NCBI GenBank assembly: GCA_031423255.1
Contig: JANPFD010000221.1
Span: forward strand, 11,520 to 75,519
Source of the DNA: Myxococcales bacterium
GTDB taxonomy: Bacteria > Myxococcota_A > Polyangia > Fen-1088
Reading direction: 5' to 3'
DNA: 64,000 nt
Below are positions 36,516-46,387 of this stretch, in pieces. Position numbers and translations under genes: made by a program. Below the pieces are notes generated by a model. That model had not been told where the DNA came from. It made no database searches and saw nothing but the letters and a program-made list of their open reading frames with translations. Numbering within the stretch: position 1 is the stretch's first letter; each line of letters opens with the position of its first letter.

Positions 36516-38225
36516 ATGTCGAGCCTCCTCTACGCCTTCCTGCTCCTCGCCATCGACGACTACACGCTCGGGCCCGATTCCCAGCCGAAGCCGAACGTGC
36601 CGAAGGGGCAGGTCACGAAGTACACCTGGACCAGCAAGATCTTCCCCGGCACCGTGCGCGACTACTGGGTGTACGTACCGGCGCAGTACCAAAAGGCCCA
36701 GCCCGCGTGCGTGATGGTGTTCCAGGACGGCGGCGGCTACGTGAAGCCCGACGGTCAGTGGCGCGTGCCGGTGGTCTTCGACAACCTCATCGCCGCCAAG
36801 GAGATGCCGGTGACCGTCGGTGTCTTCATCAACCCCGGTGTGGTGCCGCCGGTGACGCCAGCCGCGCTTCCGCGCTTCAACCGCAGCTACGAGTACGACG
36901 GCATGGGCCCGGAGTACGCGCGCTTCCTCGTCGAGGAGATCCTCCCCGAGGTCGGCAAGTCGTACAAGCTGACGTCGGACCCCAACTGCCGCGCGATCCA
37001 GGGTTCGAGCTCGGGCGGCATCGCCGCTTTCACCGCGGCCTGGGAACGCCCCGACGCCTTCCGCCGCGTCTTGACCACCATCGGCACCTACGTCGGCCTG
37101 CGCGGCGGCAACGAATACCCGACGCTGATCCGCAAGACCGAGCCGAAACCGATCCGCGTCTTCCTGCAGGACGGCAGCCACGACAACAACGCCTACGGTG
37201 GCAACTGGTTCCTCGCCAACCAGGAGATGCTGTCGGCGCTGGAGTTCGCCGGGTACGAGGTGAACCACGAATGGGGCGACGGCGCCCACAACGGCAAGCA
37301 CGGCGGCTCGATCCTGCCGAACGCGATGCGCTGGCTATGGAAGGACTTTGGCAAGCCGATCACCGCCGGCACCGGATCCAGGCAGCCCGTGATGGACGTT
37401 CTGGACACGGGCGACGAGTGGAAACTGGTCCAAGAAGGCTACAGCTTCACCGAAGGGCCGTCGGTCAACGCCAAGGGAGAGGTCTTCTTCACCGACATCC
37501 CGAACAAGAAGATCCACAAGATCGGGCTCGACGGAAAGGTCAGTGTCTTCGTCGCCAGCAGCAACGCGGCGAACGGGATGATGTTCGGGCCGGACGGCCG
37601 GCTCTACGCCGGTCAGAAGGACACCAAGCGGGTCGTGGCGTACGACACCGCGGGCAAGGAGACCGTCATCGCCGAGGGCATCGAGCCGAACGATCTGGCC
37701 GTCGCCTACGACGGCAACATCTATGTCACCGAACCAAACCACAAGCAGGTGTGGCTCATCCCCAAAGGGGGGCGCAAGCGGGTGGTCGACACCGGCATCA
37801 CGGCGCCGAACGGCGTGGTGCTCACGCCGGACCAGAGTCTGCTCTACGTGGCCGATACGCGCGGCCGCTTCGTCTACTCGTTCCAGATCCAGAAGGACGG
37901 CTCGCTGACGCACAAGCAGCCGTACTGCCATCTGCACGTCGACGGCAACCGCACCGACAGCGGCGCCGACGGAATGAAGGTCGACGTGCTCGGCCGGCTG
38001 TACGTGGCCACGCCGATGGGATTGCAGTTCTGCGACCAGGCCGGCCGGGTCAACGGCATCATCGCCAAGCCGCACCCGCGTGGGCTCGCCAACGTCGTCT
38101 TCGGGGGCCCGGCCTTCGACGAGCTGTTCGTGACCGCCCAGGACAAGGTGTTTCGCCGCAAGACGAAGACCAAGGGGGCCATGTCCTTCCAGCCGCCGAT
38201 CACGCCGCCGACGCCGCGCCTGTGA
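36516..38225 (+). CDS. Esterase (enterochelin-esterase-like alpha/beta hydrolase) fused to an SMP-30/gluconolactonase propeller
   Basis: RDYWVYVP, NRSYEYD, GSSSGG nucleophile motif; FTEGP, PNGVVLTPD, ADGMKVD. Confidence 0.88.
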   Translation: MSSLLYAFLLLAIDDYTLGPDSQPKPNVPKGQVTKYTWTSKIFPGTVRDYWVYVPAQYQKAQPACVMVFQDGGGYVKPDGQWRVPVVFDNLIAAKEMPVTVGVFINPGVVPPVTPAALPRFNRSYEYDGMGPEYARFLVEEILPEVGKSYKLTSDPNCRAIQGSSSGGIAAFTAAWERPDAFRRVLTTIGTYVGLRGGNEYPTLIRKTEPKPIRVFLQDGSHDNNAYGGNWFLANQEMLSALEFAGYEVNHEWGDGAHNGKHGGSILPNAMRWLWKDFGKPITAGTGSRQPVMDVLDTGDEWKLVQEGYSFTEGPSVNAKGEVFFTDIPNKKIHKIGLDGKVSVFVASSNAANGMMFGPDGRLYAGQKDTKRVVAYDTAGKETVIAEGIEPNDLAVAYDGNIYVTEPNHKQVWLIPKGGRKRVVDTGITAPNGVVLTPDQSLLYVADTRGRFVYSFQIQKDGSLTHKQPYCHLHVDGNRTDSGADGMKVDVLGRLYVATPMGLQFCDQAGRVNGIIAKPHPRGLANVVFGGPAFDELFVTAQDKVFRRKTKTKGAMSFQPPITPPTPRL

Positions 38226-38230
38226 CGTTT

Positions 38231-38261
38231 CGAGGCGTGGCGCCGGCGCCACACCGCCTCG
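38231..38261. repeat. GC-rich inverted repeat after the esterase/lactonase gene
   Basis: CGAGGC GTGGCGCC-GGCGCCAC AC CGCCTCG; no U-tract. Confidence 0.45.
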
Positions 38262-38290
38262 CACCACCGCGAAACTGTTGAAGCCAGCGA

Positions 38291-38306
38291 CGGCACGGCG
38301 GCTGCT
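38291..38306 (+). promoter_or_regulatory. Putative sigma54 promoter (-24/-12)
   Basis: CGGCACG-GCGG-CTGCT, GG-N10-GC spacing, upstream of ATG 38321. Confidence 0.55.
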
Positions 38307-38320
38307 TTGACGAGCAGCGC

Positions 38321-39379
38321 ATGCTCCGCCCCGTCGCCCTGGTGGTCATCTTCGTCTTCAGCACCGGCTGCCTCTCGAACGAATACCGCATCCCCCGGGC
38401 CGAGCTGCAGCGCCTGGCCTCGCTGCCACCCGACGAGCGCGGCCAGCGCGTACGGTTGGTCCAGGAGATGGGAGAGCGGCGTGACACCCCGCCGGCCCCC
38501 GTGCCCCAGGCGTACGGCGAGTTCCACGTGGAGATCCAGGGCTACATCGCTCTGCCTTCCGGAAGGTCTCGCCCGGCGCCGCGGGCCGCCCCTGCCGCTC
38601 CTCGTACTGGCTCGTGGCGAGGTGGCGGCGGTGGCGGTGGCAACTTGACACTCCCGTCGGGCGGCAGCGGCGAGGAACTGGTGGTGCTGGCCATCGTCGT
38701 TTTCACCGTGGCGCTGCTCGCCGCGACCGGCCTGGTGGTCACCGAAGGGATGCGCTTCGACGGTTACACGGCTCTTCCGCCGACGCAGCCGGTGCACCTG
38801 AAGACGGGAGGTGGCCAGGAACTGGTGGTGCCGCTTGCATCGCTGGCGCCGGCGGATCTGGAGGGCGTCGAGGAGGCGACGGTGATCGAGGACGAGATGG
38901 ACGGGCTGCGCTTCTTAGGCCGGGCGCCGCTGGACCGCCGCGGGGCGGCCTTCAAGCTGGACGCGGGCGGCGGCGGTTTCTCACTCGATCAGTACTCGGT
39001 GGTGGGGCTGGCCTCGAACATTCAACTGGGATTCTTTCCGACGCAGACGTTCGGAGTCATGGCCGGGGTGACGTTGCTCGGCGGCACGCTCGAGGACGGC
39101 AGCACCGTTGCCCGCCACACCCTGTCCCTGGAGGCGCAGTTCTTCCCCGCGCACCTCGGCCGGCTGCACCTCGGCGCCTTCGGTCATGGCGGCGTCGTGA
39201 TCGCCGGTGGCTCGGGGATCGACGGATCCGGGGAGGCCTTCGGCGGCGGCGCCATCATCGAGATCGATCTGACGACACGCATGGCGCTGACCGCTCGCGC
39301 CGACTACACCCGCGCACGCCTGACCCCGACGGTCTGGTCCGGCGCTACGACCTTCACGGTGGGCGTTGCGATTTATTGA
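38321..39379 (+). CDS. Hypothetical lipoprotein with a C-terminal beta-barrel-like region
   Basis: STGC lipobox-like motif, Gly-rich linker, hydrophobic segment, alternating beta strands ending in aromatic Y. Confidence 0.65.
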   Translation: MLRPVALVVIFVFSTGCLSNEYRIPRAELQRLASLPPDERGQRVRLVQEMGERRDTPPAPVPQAYGEFHVEIQGYIALPSGRSRPAPRAAPAAPRTGSWRGGGGGGGNLTLPSGGSGEELVVLAIVVFTVALLAATGLVVTEGMRFDGYTALPPTQPVHLKTGGGQELVVPLASLAPADLEGVEEATVIEDEMDGLRFLGRAPLDRRGAAFKLDAGGGGFSLDQYSVVGLASNIQLGFFPTQTFGVMAGVTLLGGTLEDGSTVARHTLSLEAQFFPAHLGRLHLGAFGHGGVVIAGGSGIDGSGEAFGGGAIIEIDLTTRMALTARADYTRARLTPTVWSGATTFTVGVAIY

Positions 39380-39380
39380 G

Positions 39381-39405
39381 ATCGGGACCCTGAGAGGGTC
39401 CCGAT
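39381..39405. terminator. Perfect hairpin between convergent genes
   Basis: ATCGGGACCCT-GAG-AGGGTCCCGAT (11-bp stem); no poly-U, so terminator function is uncertain. Confidence 0.5.
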
Positions 39406-39431
39406 ACCCCCCGCGACGGGCCCCCGCCGGG

Positions 39432-40835
39432 CTAAGCCCGACGGGTTCCCACGCGATTGAGATGGGTTCCCACGCGATCGATGATCTCGAGCGCCTGTCG
39501 CCGCTTGTCGGCGAGCGATTCCGCGGTGACCACGTCGTGGCGGGCGAGCAGTGGCAGGTAGTCGAGGGCGAGCGGCGCCGACGGCAGCACGTAGACGACG
39601 TGCAGGGCGGCGCGACGGGCGAGCGCCTCGACGGTCGCCGTCGGGATGTGGCACTCGCCGTGGGTGATCACCGTGAGCGACAAGGGTCCCGTGCCACGTC
39701 CGAGCTCGAGCAGGAGATCCTGGAACACGCGCGCGTAGTGACGCCCCTGCTCCGACTGGAAGCAGAGCACATACGGAAGTTCCTGACCGCCCAGGCTTGC
39801 CGCCGGCACTTTGCCGTGTAGCCGCCCGTCGAAGAAGCGGAACCAGACGTCGACTCCCTGGAGCGCCATCGTCTTCACCAGTGCCAGCGCCAGGCCGCGC
39901 GCGAACACCTCGCGCGTCCCCCGCATGGAGGCGCTGGCGTCCACGAGCACGCCATGGATGCGCCGGTCACCTTCGCGCGGGCGCTCGTGGCCATAATAGA
40001 GGAGCTCGTCCGACAGGGCGCGCAGGTCGAAGATCTCGCCGTCGTGGGCCAGCTCGCTCGGCAACAGCGCGTCCGCGGAGCCACGCCGCTCGACGGAGGC
40101 GTAGCCGTCCACAGCGAAGCTCTGGGGCGCCCCCTGGCGTTTGGTCTCCAGCAGCGACGGCAGGAGTTGCAGGCAGAAATCGACGGCATCGGCGATCCCG
40201 CGCGTGCTCATCATCCGGTGCAGCTCGGCCAGATCGAGCGGCCCACCTCCCGCTCCGAAGAGGCCGAGCAAGCGCACCGGCCCGAGATCGACCTGTTCCA
40301 CCCGCGCGCGGAGCGCCGGCTCGCCGTCGAGCAGGATGGGTAGCAGCGTCTGGGCCCAGGAGCAATCGAAGGCCCGCGCAAGTGCCCCGGGCGCGGTTTC
40401 GAAGAGCGCCGACACCAGCGGCAAGGGCGTGCGTTGATCCAGCGCCCGCCCGGGACCCGCTGCCCATCGCGCCGCAGGATCGCCCAGCAAACGCGCGATC
40501 AATACCGCGATCACCTCGTCGCGCACGAAGATCGTACCCAGCGCGGCCAGCGATTCGGAGTGCGCCAGCGTCTGCACCAGCGTCCGGTAGCGCGCCTGGG
40601 GTGTGTCCCCGCCGTCGCGTGGCCGTTCCCGTGCCAGGGCTCGCAACGCCGGCCGCGCCAGCAGGTGCCCCAGATCGTGGACCACGAACAGCGGCAACCC
40701 CAGCCCCAGTGCCGCGACACCGTTGCGCCAGGCGACAGCCTGCAGCGCCCCCGACGGGCCGGTCGAGGGGAGACCGGACAGCGTCAGCGTAGCCAGTTGC
40801 CGTGCGAGCTCGCGCTCGTCGGCGGTCTCGTTCAC
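39432..40835 (-). CDS. vWA-domain protein
   Basis: LLPSELA...LLYY...[16 protein letters not shown]-like motif; GTG start overlaps the folD stop. Confidence 0.75.
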   Translation of the reverse strand: MNETADERELARQLATLTLSGLPSTGPSGALQAVAWRNGVAALGLGLPLFVVHDLGHLLARPALRALARERPRDGGDTPQARYRTLVQTLAHSESLAALGTIFVRDEVIAVLIARLLGDPAARWAAGPGRALDQRTPLPLVSALFETAPGALARAFDCSWAQTLLPILLDGEPALRARVEQVDLGPVRLLGLFGAGGGPLDLAELHRMMSTRGIADAVDFCLQLLPSLLETKRQGAPQSFAVDGYASVERRGSADALLPSELAHDGEIFDLRALSDELLYYGHERPREGDRRIHGVLVDASASMRGTREVFARGLALALVKTMALQGVDVWFRFFDGRLHGKVPAASLGGQELPYVLCFQSEQGRHYARVFQDLLLELGRGTGPLSLTVITHGECHIPTATVEALARRAALHVVYVLPSAPLALDYLPLLARHDVVTAESLADKRRQALEIIDRVGTHLNRVGTRRA

Positions 40836-41683
40836 CCCGCCCGTCGCTTCGCCGCGCTGAGGGTGTTGGCGAGTAGCATGGCGATGGTCATCGGCCCCAC
40901 GCCGCCGGGCACCGGTGTGATGGCCCCCGCCCGCTCCGCCGCCGCGCCGTACTCGACGTCGCCCACCAGCTTGCCCTCGGCGTTCCGGTTCATCCCGACG
41001 TCGATGACCGTGGAGCCCGGCTTGATCCACTCGCCGCGGATGAACTCGGCGCGGCCGATCGCCGCCACCAGGATGTCCGCCGTCTTCACCACGCCCGGAA
41101 GATCGCGCGTCTTCGAGTGACACAGCGTCACCGTCGCGTCCGCCGCGGTCAGCAGCACCGCCACCGGCTTGCCCACGATGTTCGAACGTCCAACCACGAC
41201 CGTGCTGGCGCCCGCCAGCTTCACTCCCGCCTCCTCGATCAGCTTCATGATTCCATAGGGCGTGCAGGCGATGAACCGTGGCTCGCCCATGAGCAGGCGC
41301 CCCAGGTTCTCGGGGTGGAAGCCGTCGACGTCCTTGCCGGGGTCGATGCTCAGGAGGACGCGCTTGCTGTCGATCTGCTTGGGCAGCGGTAACTGCACCA
41401 GGATGCCGTCCACGTCGCGGTTCGCGTTCAGGTCCGCAACCAGCTTCAGCAGCGCCGCCTCGCTGGTGTCCGTGCTCAACTTGTGATCGAAGGTGCGGAA
41501 ACCGGCTTCCTGGCAGGCCTTGGCCTTGTTGCGCACGTAGATCTGCGAGGCCGGGTCCTCGCCCACCAGGACCACCGCCAGGCCTGGCTGCGCGCCCTTC
41601 GCCGTCAGCGCCTTCGCCTCGTCCGTCAGCCCCACCCTGATCCGCGCCGCGAGCGCTTTCCCGTCGAGAATCTTCGCTGCCAT
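40832..41683 (-). CDS. folD: Methylenetetrahydrofolate dehydrogenase/cyclohydrolase
   Basis: [42 protein letters not shown]. Confidence 0.97.
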   Translation of the reverse strand: MAAKILDGKALAARIRVGLTDEAKALTAKGAQPGLAVVLVGEDPASQIYVRNKAKACQEAGFRTFDHKLSTDTSEAALLKLVADLNANRDVDGILVQLPLPKQIDSKRVLLSIDPGKDVDGFHPENLGRLLMGEPRFIACTPYGIMKLIEEAGVKLAGASTVVVGRSNIVGKPVAVLLTAADATVTLCHSKTRDLPGVVKTADILVAAIGRAEFIRGEWIKPGSTVIDVGMNRNAEGKLVGDVEYGAAAERAGAITPVPGGVGPMTIAMLLANTLSAAKRRAG

Positions 41684-41801
41684 GAGGGCGACCCTGACAC
41701 GTCGGCCGCGAATCTGGCAACAGGATCCGGTCACGCCGGCCGGCGTCCGGACACCCGTCCGGCAAGGACGCCCCCCATACCCGGAAACCGAGGCGTCCCG
41801 C

Positions 41802-41817
41802 CGGCACGTCGGTTGCT
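41802..41817 (+). promoter_or_regulatory. Putative sigma54 promoter (-24/-12)
   Basis: CGGCACG-TCGG-TTGCT, close to consensus TGGCACG-N4-TTGCW. Confidence 0.65.
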
Positions 41818-41830
41818 TTGCGCAACGCGC

Positions 41831-43183
41831 GTGAAGCCGAGCCGCACCCTCTTGCTCCTGATGCTCACCGGATCGCCTGCCGTGCACGCCGCGCTGGTCG
41901 AGCACGTCGTGACCGCCGGTGGCCAGGTCGCCGTGGTGTCGGGGGGCGAGGTGCTGGTGTTCAGCGAAGACGGCGATCTGCGCTTGCGGCTCGGCACCCG
42001 TGACGAGACGCCGCCTACCACGCGTCCGGTCAGTGCGCGCTTGGCGCGTTTGCGTGAGGAGATCCTGGATGACCTCGACGTCCCGGAGGAAGAGCGCGAT
42101 TCTGCCGACGCGGGGGCGCTGGTCGAGGAGGAAGCACAGCCCGGCCTAAGGTTGCCGCCACGCTCGGAGGTCGTCGTACAGCATCCGGTGATCGCGACCG
42201 GCGCCGACGCGATCTGGATCGGCGTGGACGATGGCCTGTGGCGCGTCGATGCGGCCGGTACGGCGACGCGTATGGGACGCCTCGGCCACCGCTTCGATCG
42301 GCTGGCGGTCGGCCCTTCGCATCTCGCGGCCACCGAAGGCAGTCGACTCTGGGTCTCCCGCGATCGAGGCCGCAGCTGGACGATGCGGACCGATGGGCCC
42401 GCGGCACCGATCACCAGCATCGCCGTCAGCGAATGCTGCCTGTGGCTCGGTACCACGTCGGGGCTGGTGCGGCTGCCTCTCGACAGGGAGGCGCCGCCGG
42501 TGACCTTTGCGCCGCCACCGTCCCGTCGGGCGCCACCGCGGTTCGCCGCCCTGCTGCCCCGGTTGGTGATGACCGCGGGCGCGCACACGGCCGCCGGCCG
42601 CCGCGACCTGCGGGCCGGGCTGTTCGCCGACTTCGCGCTGGGCGAGACGACGCCGCTGCCTGTTCCCTCACGCCCGCCGATCCGCGAGACACCCCAGCCT
42701 CAGACTTCCGAGCGCGACGCCCCCTGCCTGGGCGAGGCGCGGTCCAGCGCCGTGGGCCTGTCGCTGGCCGAGCCGGAGCGCGCCCGTTCCTATGTGGAGC
42801 GGGCGGGACGGGCTGCCTGGCTGCCGGAGCTCCGTTTCCGCATGGATCGCCGCCTGGGACGCAGGGAGTCATTGGACCTCCCGGCGGGGGGAGGCTCGTC
42901 GCTACCACCACTTGGGCTGGATACCGCTGATGACGTACGATACGAGGCCAGGGCGACCTGGGACCTGTCCAGGCTGGTCTTCAACCCGGATGAGATCGCT
43001 GCCCAATCCCAGGCACTCCGAATGGCAGACACGAGACGAGAGGTCGAGTCACTGGTGAACAGGCTGTACTTCGAACGACGGCACCTGAAGATGACCACGC
43101 CCGCGCCCCCGCGCATCGCCGAAGTCGAGGCCGAGCTCGACGCCCTGTCCGGTGGCGCCTTCGCCCGGTGCACCGCCCGATGA
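41831..43183 (+). CDS. Secreted hypothetical protein (propeller-like N-terminus, helical C-terminus)
   Basis: Signal peptide [20 protein letters not shown]; [11 protein letters not shown]-like motif; WDLSRLVF...VNRLYFERR. Confidence 0.65.
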   Translation: MKPSRTLLLLMLTGSPAVHAALVEHVVTAGGQVAVVSGGEVLVFSEDGDLRLRLGTRDETPPTTRPVSARLARLREEILDDLDVPEEERDSADAGALVEEEAQPGLRLPPRSEVVVQHPVIATGADAIWIGVDDGLWRVDAAGTATRMGRLGHRFDRLAVGPSHLAATEGSRLWVSRDRGRSWTMRTDGPAAPITSIAVSECCLWLGTTSGLVRLPLDREAPPVTFAPPPSRRAPPRFAALLPRLVMTAGAHTAAGRRDLRAGLFADFALGETTPLPVPSRPPIRETPQPQTSERDAPCLGEARSSAVGLSLAEPERARSYVERAGRAAWLPELRFRMDRRLGRRESLDLPAGGGSSLPPLGLDTADDVRYEARATWDLSRLVFNPDEIAAQSQALRMADTRREVESLVNRLYFERRHLKMTTPAPPRIAEVEAELDALSGGAFARCTAR

Positions 43184-43644
43184 GCGCCCAGACCAAGGAG
43201 GCGCGGCGCCACCAGCGCTTCAACATCAACGTCGAGGCGAACGTGCAGGTGAAAGACGGCCGGCGGGTGACAGCGCGTACCCGCGACGTTTCCCGCAGCG
43301 GTATCTGCCTCATCGCCGCCGAGCCGGTGGACCGGGCAGAAACACTCAACGTCGAGCTGGTGCTGAATTTCGGCAACAACGCCTTCTCGGAACCGCTGCG
43401 CCTCAAGGCCCACGTGGTCTGGTGCACGCCCATCGCCAATGCCTTCCAGGTCGGGGTGATGTTCGACGCGCTCAGCGACGAGCAAGACACCTACCTCGAG
43501 ATGTTCCTGCACTTCCTCGACGGGACGATGGCCCCACAGGGCGTGGACGGCGAAGGCGATGGCGCCGTCCCCCAGGAGATCGACGGCGACGAGGAGACCG
43601 GGCCGGCAACTCCCGAAGACAAAGACGACCCGTTCCGACCCTGA
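43180..43644 (+). CDS. PilZ domain protein
   Basis: RRHQR and DVSRSG c-di-GMP-binding motifs. Confidence 0.85.
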   Translation: MSAQTKEARRHQRFNINVEANVQVKDGRRVTARTRDVSRSGICLIAAEPVDRAETLNVELVLNFGNNAFSEPLRLKAHVVWCTPIANAFQVGVMFDALSDEQDTYLEMFLHFLDGTMAPQGVDGEGDGAVPQEIDGDEETGPATPEDKDDPFRP

Positions 43645-45201
43645 TCAGTCGGCACGCGCGCGGGCCCGGGACATGATCGCTTCCGCCACGCGGGCTCCGT
43701 CCAGCGCGGCGCTGACGATCCCGCCGGCATACCCCGCCCCTTCACCCGCGGGGTACAGGCCCTCGGCCGCCGGCGACTCCAGAGTCTCGGGGCGCCTCGG
43801 CATCCGCACCGGCGCGCTGGTCCGCGTCTCGGCAGCGACGAGGACGGCATCGGCATGCAGCAGCTTCGGCACACGGCGGGTGAGGTCGTCCAGGCCTCCC
43901 CGCAGCGAGTCGATCACGAACGGAGGAAACACTTCCTCGAGTGGCGCCGGCGCCACACCGGGGCGGTAGCTGGTCGCGGGGAGTGATTCGCTCTGTCGTC
44001 GGGCGAGAAAGTCCACGAGGCGCACCCCCGGCGCCTGGAACGCGCCGCCCCCCATCTTGAACGCCGCCTCCTCGATGCGCCGCTGGAAAGCGACGCCGGC
44101 CAGCGGCCCGTTGCCGACGTCCTTGGCGGAAACCGCGACCACCATCCCCGAGTTCGCGAACGGCGAGTCGCGTTTGGACAAGCTCATGCCGTTGACCACC
44201 ACCCCGCCCTCCTCGGTGGCCGCCGGCACGATCCATCCCCCCGGGCACATGCAGAAGCTGTAGACGCCTCGACCGCACGACTGCGCCGCCAGCTCGTAGA
44301 ACGCGGGCGGCAACCTCGGATCACCAGCGGCACGGCCGTACTGGATGGCGTCGATGATCGACTGGGGATGTTCGAGGCGCACGCCCACCGCGAAGTCCTT
44401 GGGCAGGATGGCAACGCCGGCCGCCAGCGCCCAGTCGTAGACCGGCCGCGCCGAATGGCCGACCGCCAGCACCACGGCATCGGCGGGCCACTCCTCGCCG
44501 GTCGTCGTCACCACCGCGCGCACGCGGCCTGCCTCGATCCTCACCTGCGCGAGCTCGGTCTCGAACCGGTAGACGACACCTGCGCCTTCCAGGTAGCCGC
44601 GCAGCTCGGTCAGCACCTTGGGCAGCCGGTTCGAGCCGACGTGCGGACGCGACTCGACCTCGATCTCGTCCGGAGCGCCGAAGCGAACCAGGTCGGCCAG
44701 CACCTCGGCGACGCCCGCTCGATCCTTGCTGCGTGTGTACAGCTTTCCGTCCGAGTAGGTACCCGCGCCTCCCTCGCCGAAGCAGTAGTTGGACGAAACA
44801 TTCAGCGCGCCCCGCTGCAACGTCGCCAGGTCGCGCCGCCGCGGCTGCACCGGTTTGCCGCGCTCGAGGATCACGGACGGCACACCCACCTCCGCCAGTC
44901 GTAGAGCTGCCCAGGCGCCCGCCGGCCCCGATCCGACGATCACCACGCGTGGCCGGGCCACACCCGCCGGCCAGCGCCGCAGGAGACGTGGCGCGCGCGC
45001 CGCGAACGTCTCGCCGACAGGGAGCACCTCGACCCGAAGGCGGTACCCGATGCGGCGGTCCTTGCGGGCGTCGAGCGACCGGCGTAGCACGCGCATCTTT
45101 CCCACGGCGTCCGCGCGCCACCCCAGCGCCCGCGCCGCCAGCCGCTCGATCGGCTCGTCCAGCGCGTCGAGAGGCACGAAGACGTCGACGACCGTTCCCA
45201 C
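43645..45201 (-). CDS. Uncharacterised FAD-dependent oxidoreductase
   Basis: GSGPAG, GEGGAGTYSDGKL, SFCMCPGG, GEGAGYAGGIVSAA. Confidence 0.88.
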   Translation of the reverse strand: MGTVVDVFVPLDALDEPIERLAARALGWRADAVGKMRVLRRSLDARKDRRIGYRLRVEVLPVGETFAARAPRLLRRWPAGVARPRVVIVGSGPAGAWAALRLAEVGVPSVILERGKPVQPRRRDLATLQRGALNVSSNYCFGEGGAGTYSDGKLYTRSKDRAGVAEVLADLVRFGAPDEIEVESRPHVGSNRLPKVLTELRGYLEGAGVVYRFETELAQVRIEAGRVRAVVTTTGEEWPADAVVLAVGHSARPVYDWALAAGVAILPKDFAVGVRLEHPQSIIDAIQYGRAAGDPRLPPAFYELAAQSCGRGVYSFCMCPGGWIVPAATEEGGVVVNGMSLSKRDSPFANSGMVVAVSAKDVGNGPLAGVAFQRRIEEAAFKMGGGAFQAPGVRLVDFLARRQSESLPATSYRPGVAPAPLEEVFPPFVIDSLRGGLDDLTRRVPKLLHADAVLVAAETRTSAPVRMPRRPETLESPAAEGLYPAGEGAGYAGGIVSAALDGARVAEAIMSRARARAD

Positions 45202-46212
45202 TCAGCCGCTCAGGCCCACGCGCCGCCTCGCCTCGAGACAGCGCGCTCCCCCGGCCGCCAGCTCGCGACACGCCTGGGGCCGCTGTTCGTAGATGCGACA
45301 GCGATACGTCTCGTTCTTCTCGAGCGCCGCGCAGAAGGCGCCCTGGCGGCGTAGCACGAAGCGCGCGCCACGCCGGATCACCAGCTCGGGATGCGCATCG
45401 ACCACCGGATCCCGCACCGAAAGGCCCACCACATCGAAGCCCTCGCGGCAGCATGCGCCGCACGCCAGGCAGTCGAGCGCCGGCTCCCAGAGCGCGCAGG
45501 CGGGATACGTGGGATCGACGCGCGGACCGGTCTCCCCCGGCGCGGCAGCCTGACGGCACCGGGAGAAGCCGTCGCGATCTTCGTACCGCCACGCGCAACT
45601 GTCACACTGCCGCGCCGAAGCTCCGGCGGGAAGTCCCAGTGGATGCACGTTGGCCATGGCCCATCGCTCGTCGGTGCGCAGGAGCGCGGCCGTCGACAGC
45701 AGCGCGCCGTCGATCGCACGCTGCCAGCCCGAGCTCGCCGCCCAGCGCGCCCCCGCCCGCGCAAAGACACAGGCCGGATCATCGCCCACCAGCGGAAACG
45801 CGGACAGCGCCACGTAGTACGCGCGTGACACCGTGGTCGGCGTCATGTGGGGACGCAGCGCGTGCGCGTCCGCGAGATGCGCCTGCAGCCGCAAGCAGGC
45901 GTCCTCGGCGACACGATCACGCTCATCCGTGTTGTCCAGGCCCCAATCGGGCGCGCGCAGGCTCGATTCGCCCTGCACCAGCGCGTGGCACAGCTCGTGG
46001 AACACCAGTTGCGCGACGCTGTCGTCGCTGTCCAGGGTGTCGTGGGCGCCGATCAGGATCCTGCCGCTTCCGTCGGTGGACGCGTACGCATCGCTCGTTC
46101 TCTCGACGGAGAAACCGAGCGAGCGCGCCGCCTCGATCCAGATCCGATCGACGCGCGGATCATCGAGGACGCTGGCCGCGCCCGATCCTGTGTGCGTCGC
46201 GTCGCTTGTCAC
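45202..46212 (-). CDS. HExxH domain fused to a YkgJ-like cysteine-cluster domain
   Basis: FHELCH; CLACGACC...C...CRIYEQRPQACR; start uncertain. Confidence 0.7.
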   Translation of the reverse strand: MTSDATHTGSGAASVLDDPRVDRIWIEAARSLGFSVERTSDAYASTDGSGRILIGAHDTLDSDDSVAQLVFHELCHALVQGESSLRAPDWGLDNTDERDRVAEDACLRLQAHLADAHALRPHMTPTTVSRAYYVALSAFPLVGDDPACVFARAGARWAASSGWQRAIDGALLSTAALLRTDERWAMANVHPLGLPAGASARQCDSCAWRYEDRDGFSRCRQAAAPGETGPRVDPTYPACALWEPALDCLACGACCREGFDVVGLSVRDPVVDAHPELVIRRGARFVLRRQGAFCAALEKNETYRCRIYEQRPQACRELAAGGARCLEARRRVGLSG

Positions 46213-46264
46213 TGTCGTGTTCGACCATAACTTCGCAGGCGAATTTCCGATCGTGTTTTTTGTG

Positions 46265-46294
46265 TTGACTGTCAGCGTCCCAATTTTGTAAGAG
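46265..46294 (+). promoter_or_regulatory. Putative sigma70 promoter
   Basis: T-rich tract, then TTGACT-N18-TAAGAG in an AT-enriched intergenic region. Confidence 0.45.
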
Positions 46295-46387
46295 GGCACC
46301 GGTCTTCCCCTGCGAAGCCCTTCCCGACTCTCCGCGTGAGAGACCGGTTTCCTCCTCAGAATCGGGCGCAAAGCCAAGGATTCGAGA

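Noticed and set aside
40836-41825. Apparent long N-terminal extension of the vWA ORF
   Set aside because: Alternate frame over folD; the GTG at 40835 overlapping the folD stop is the plausible start
41684-41830. Possible ZMP/ZTP riboswitch upstream of folD
   Set aside because: The minus strand lacks the GACUGGCG...CCUGGGC elements; the gap is better explained by divergent promoters
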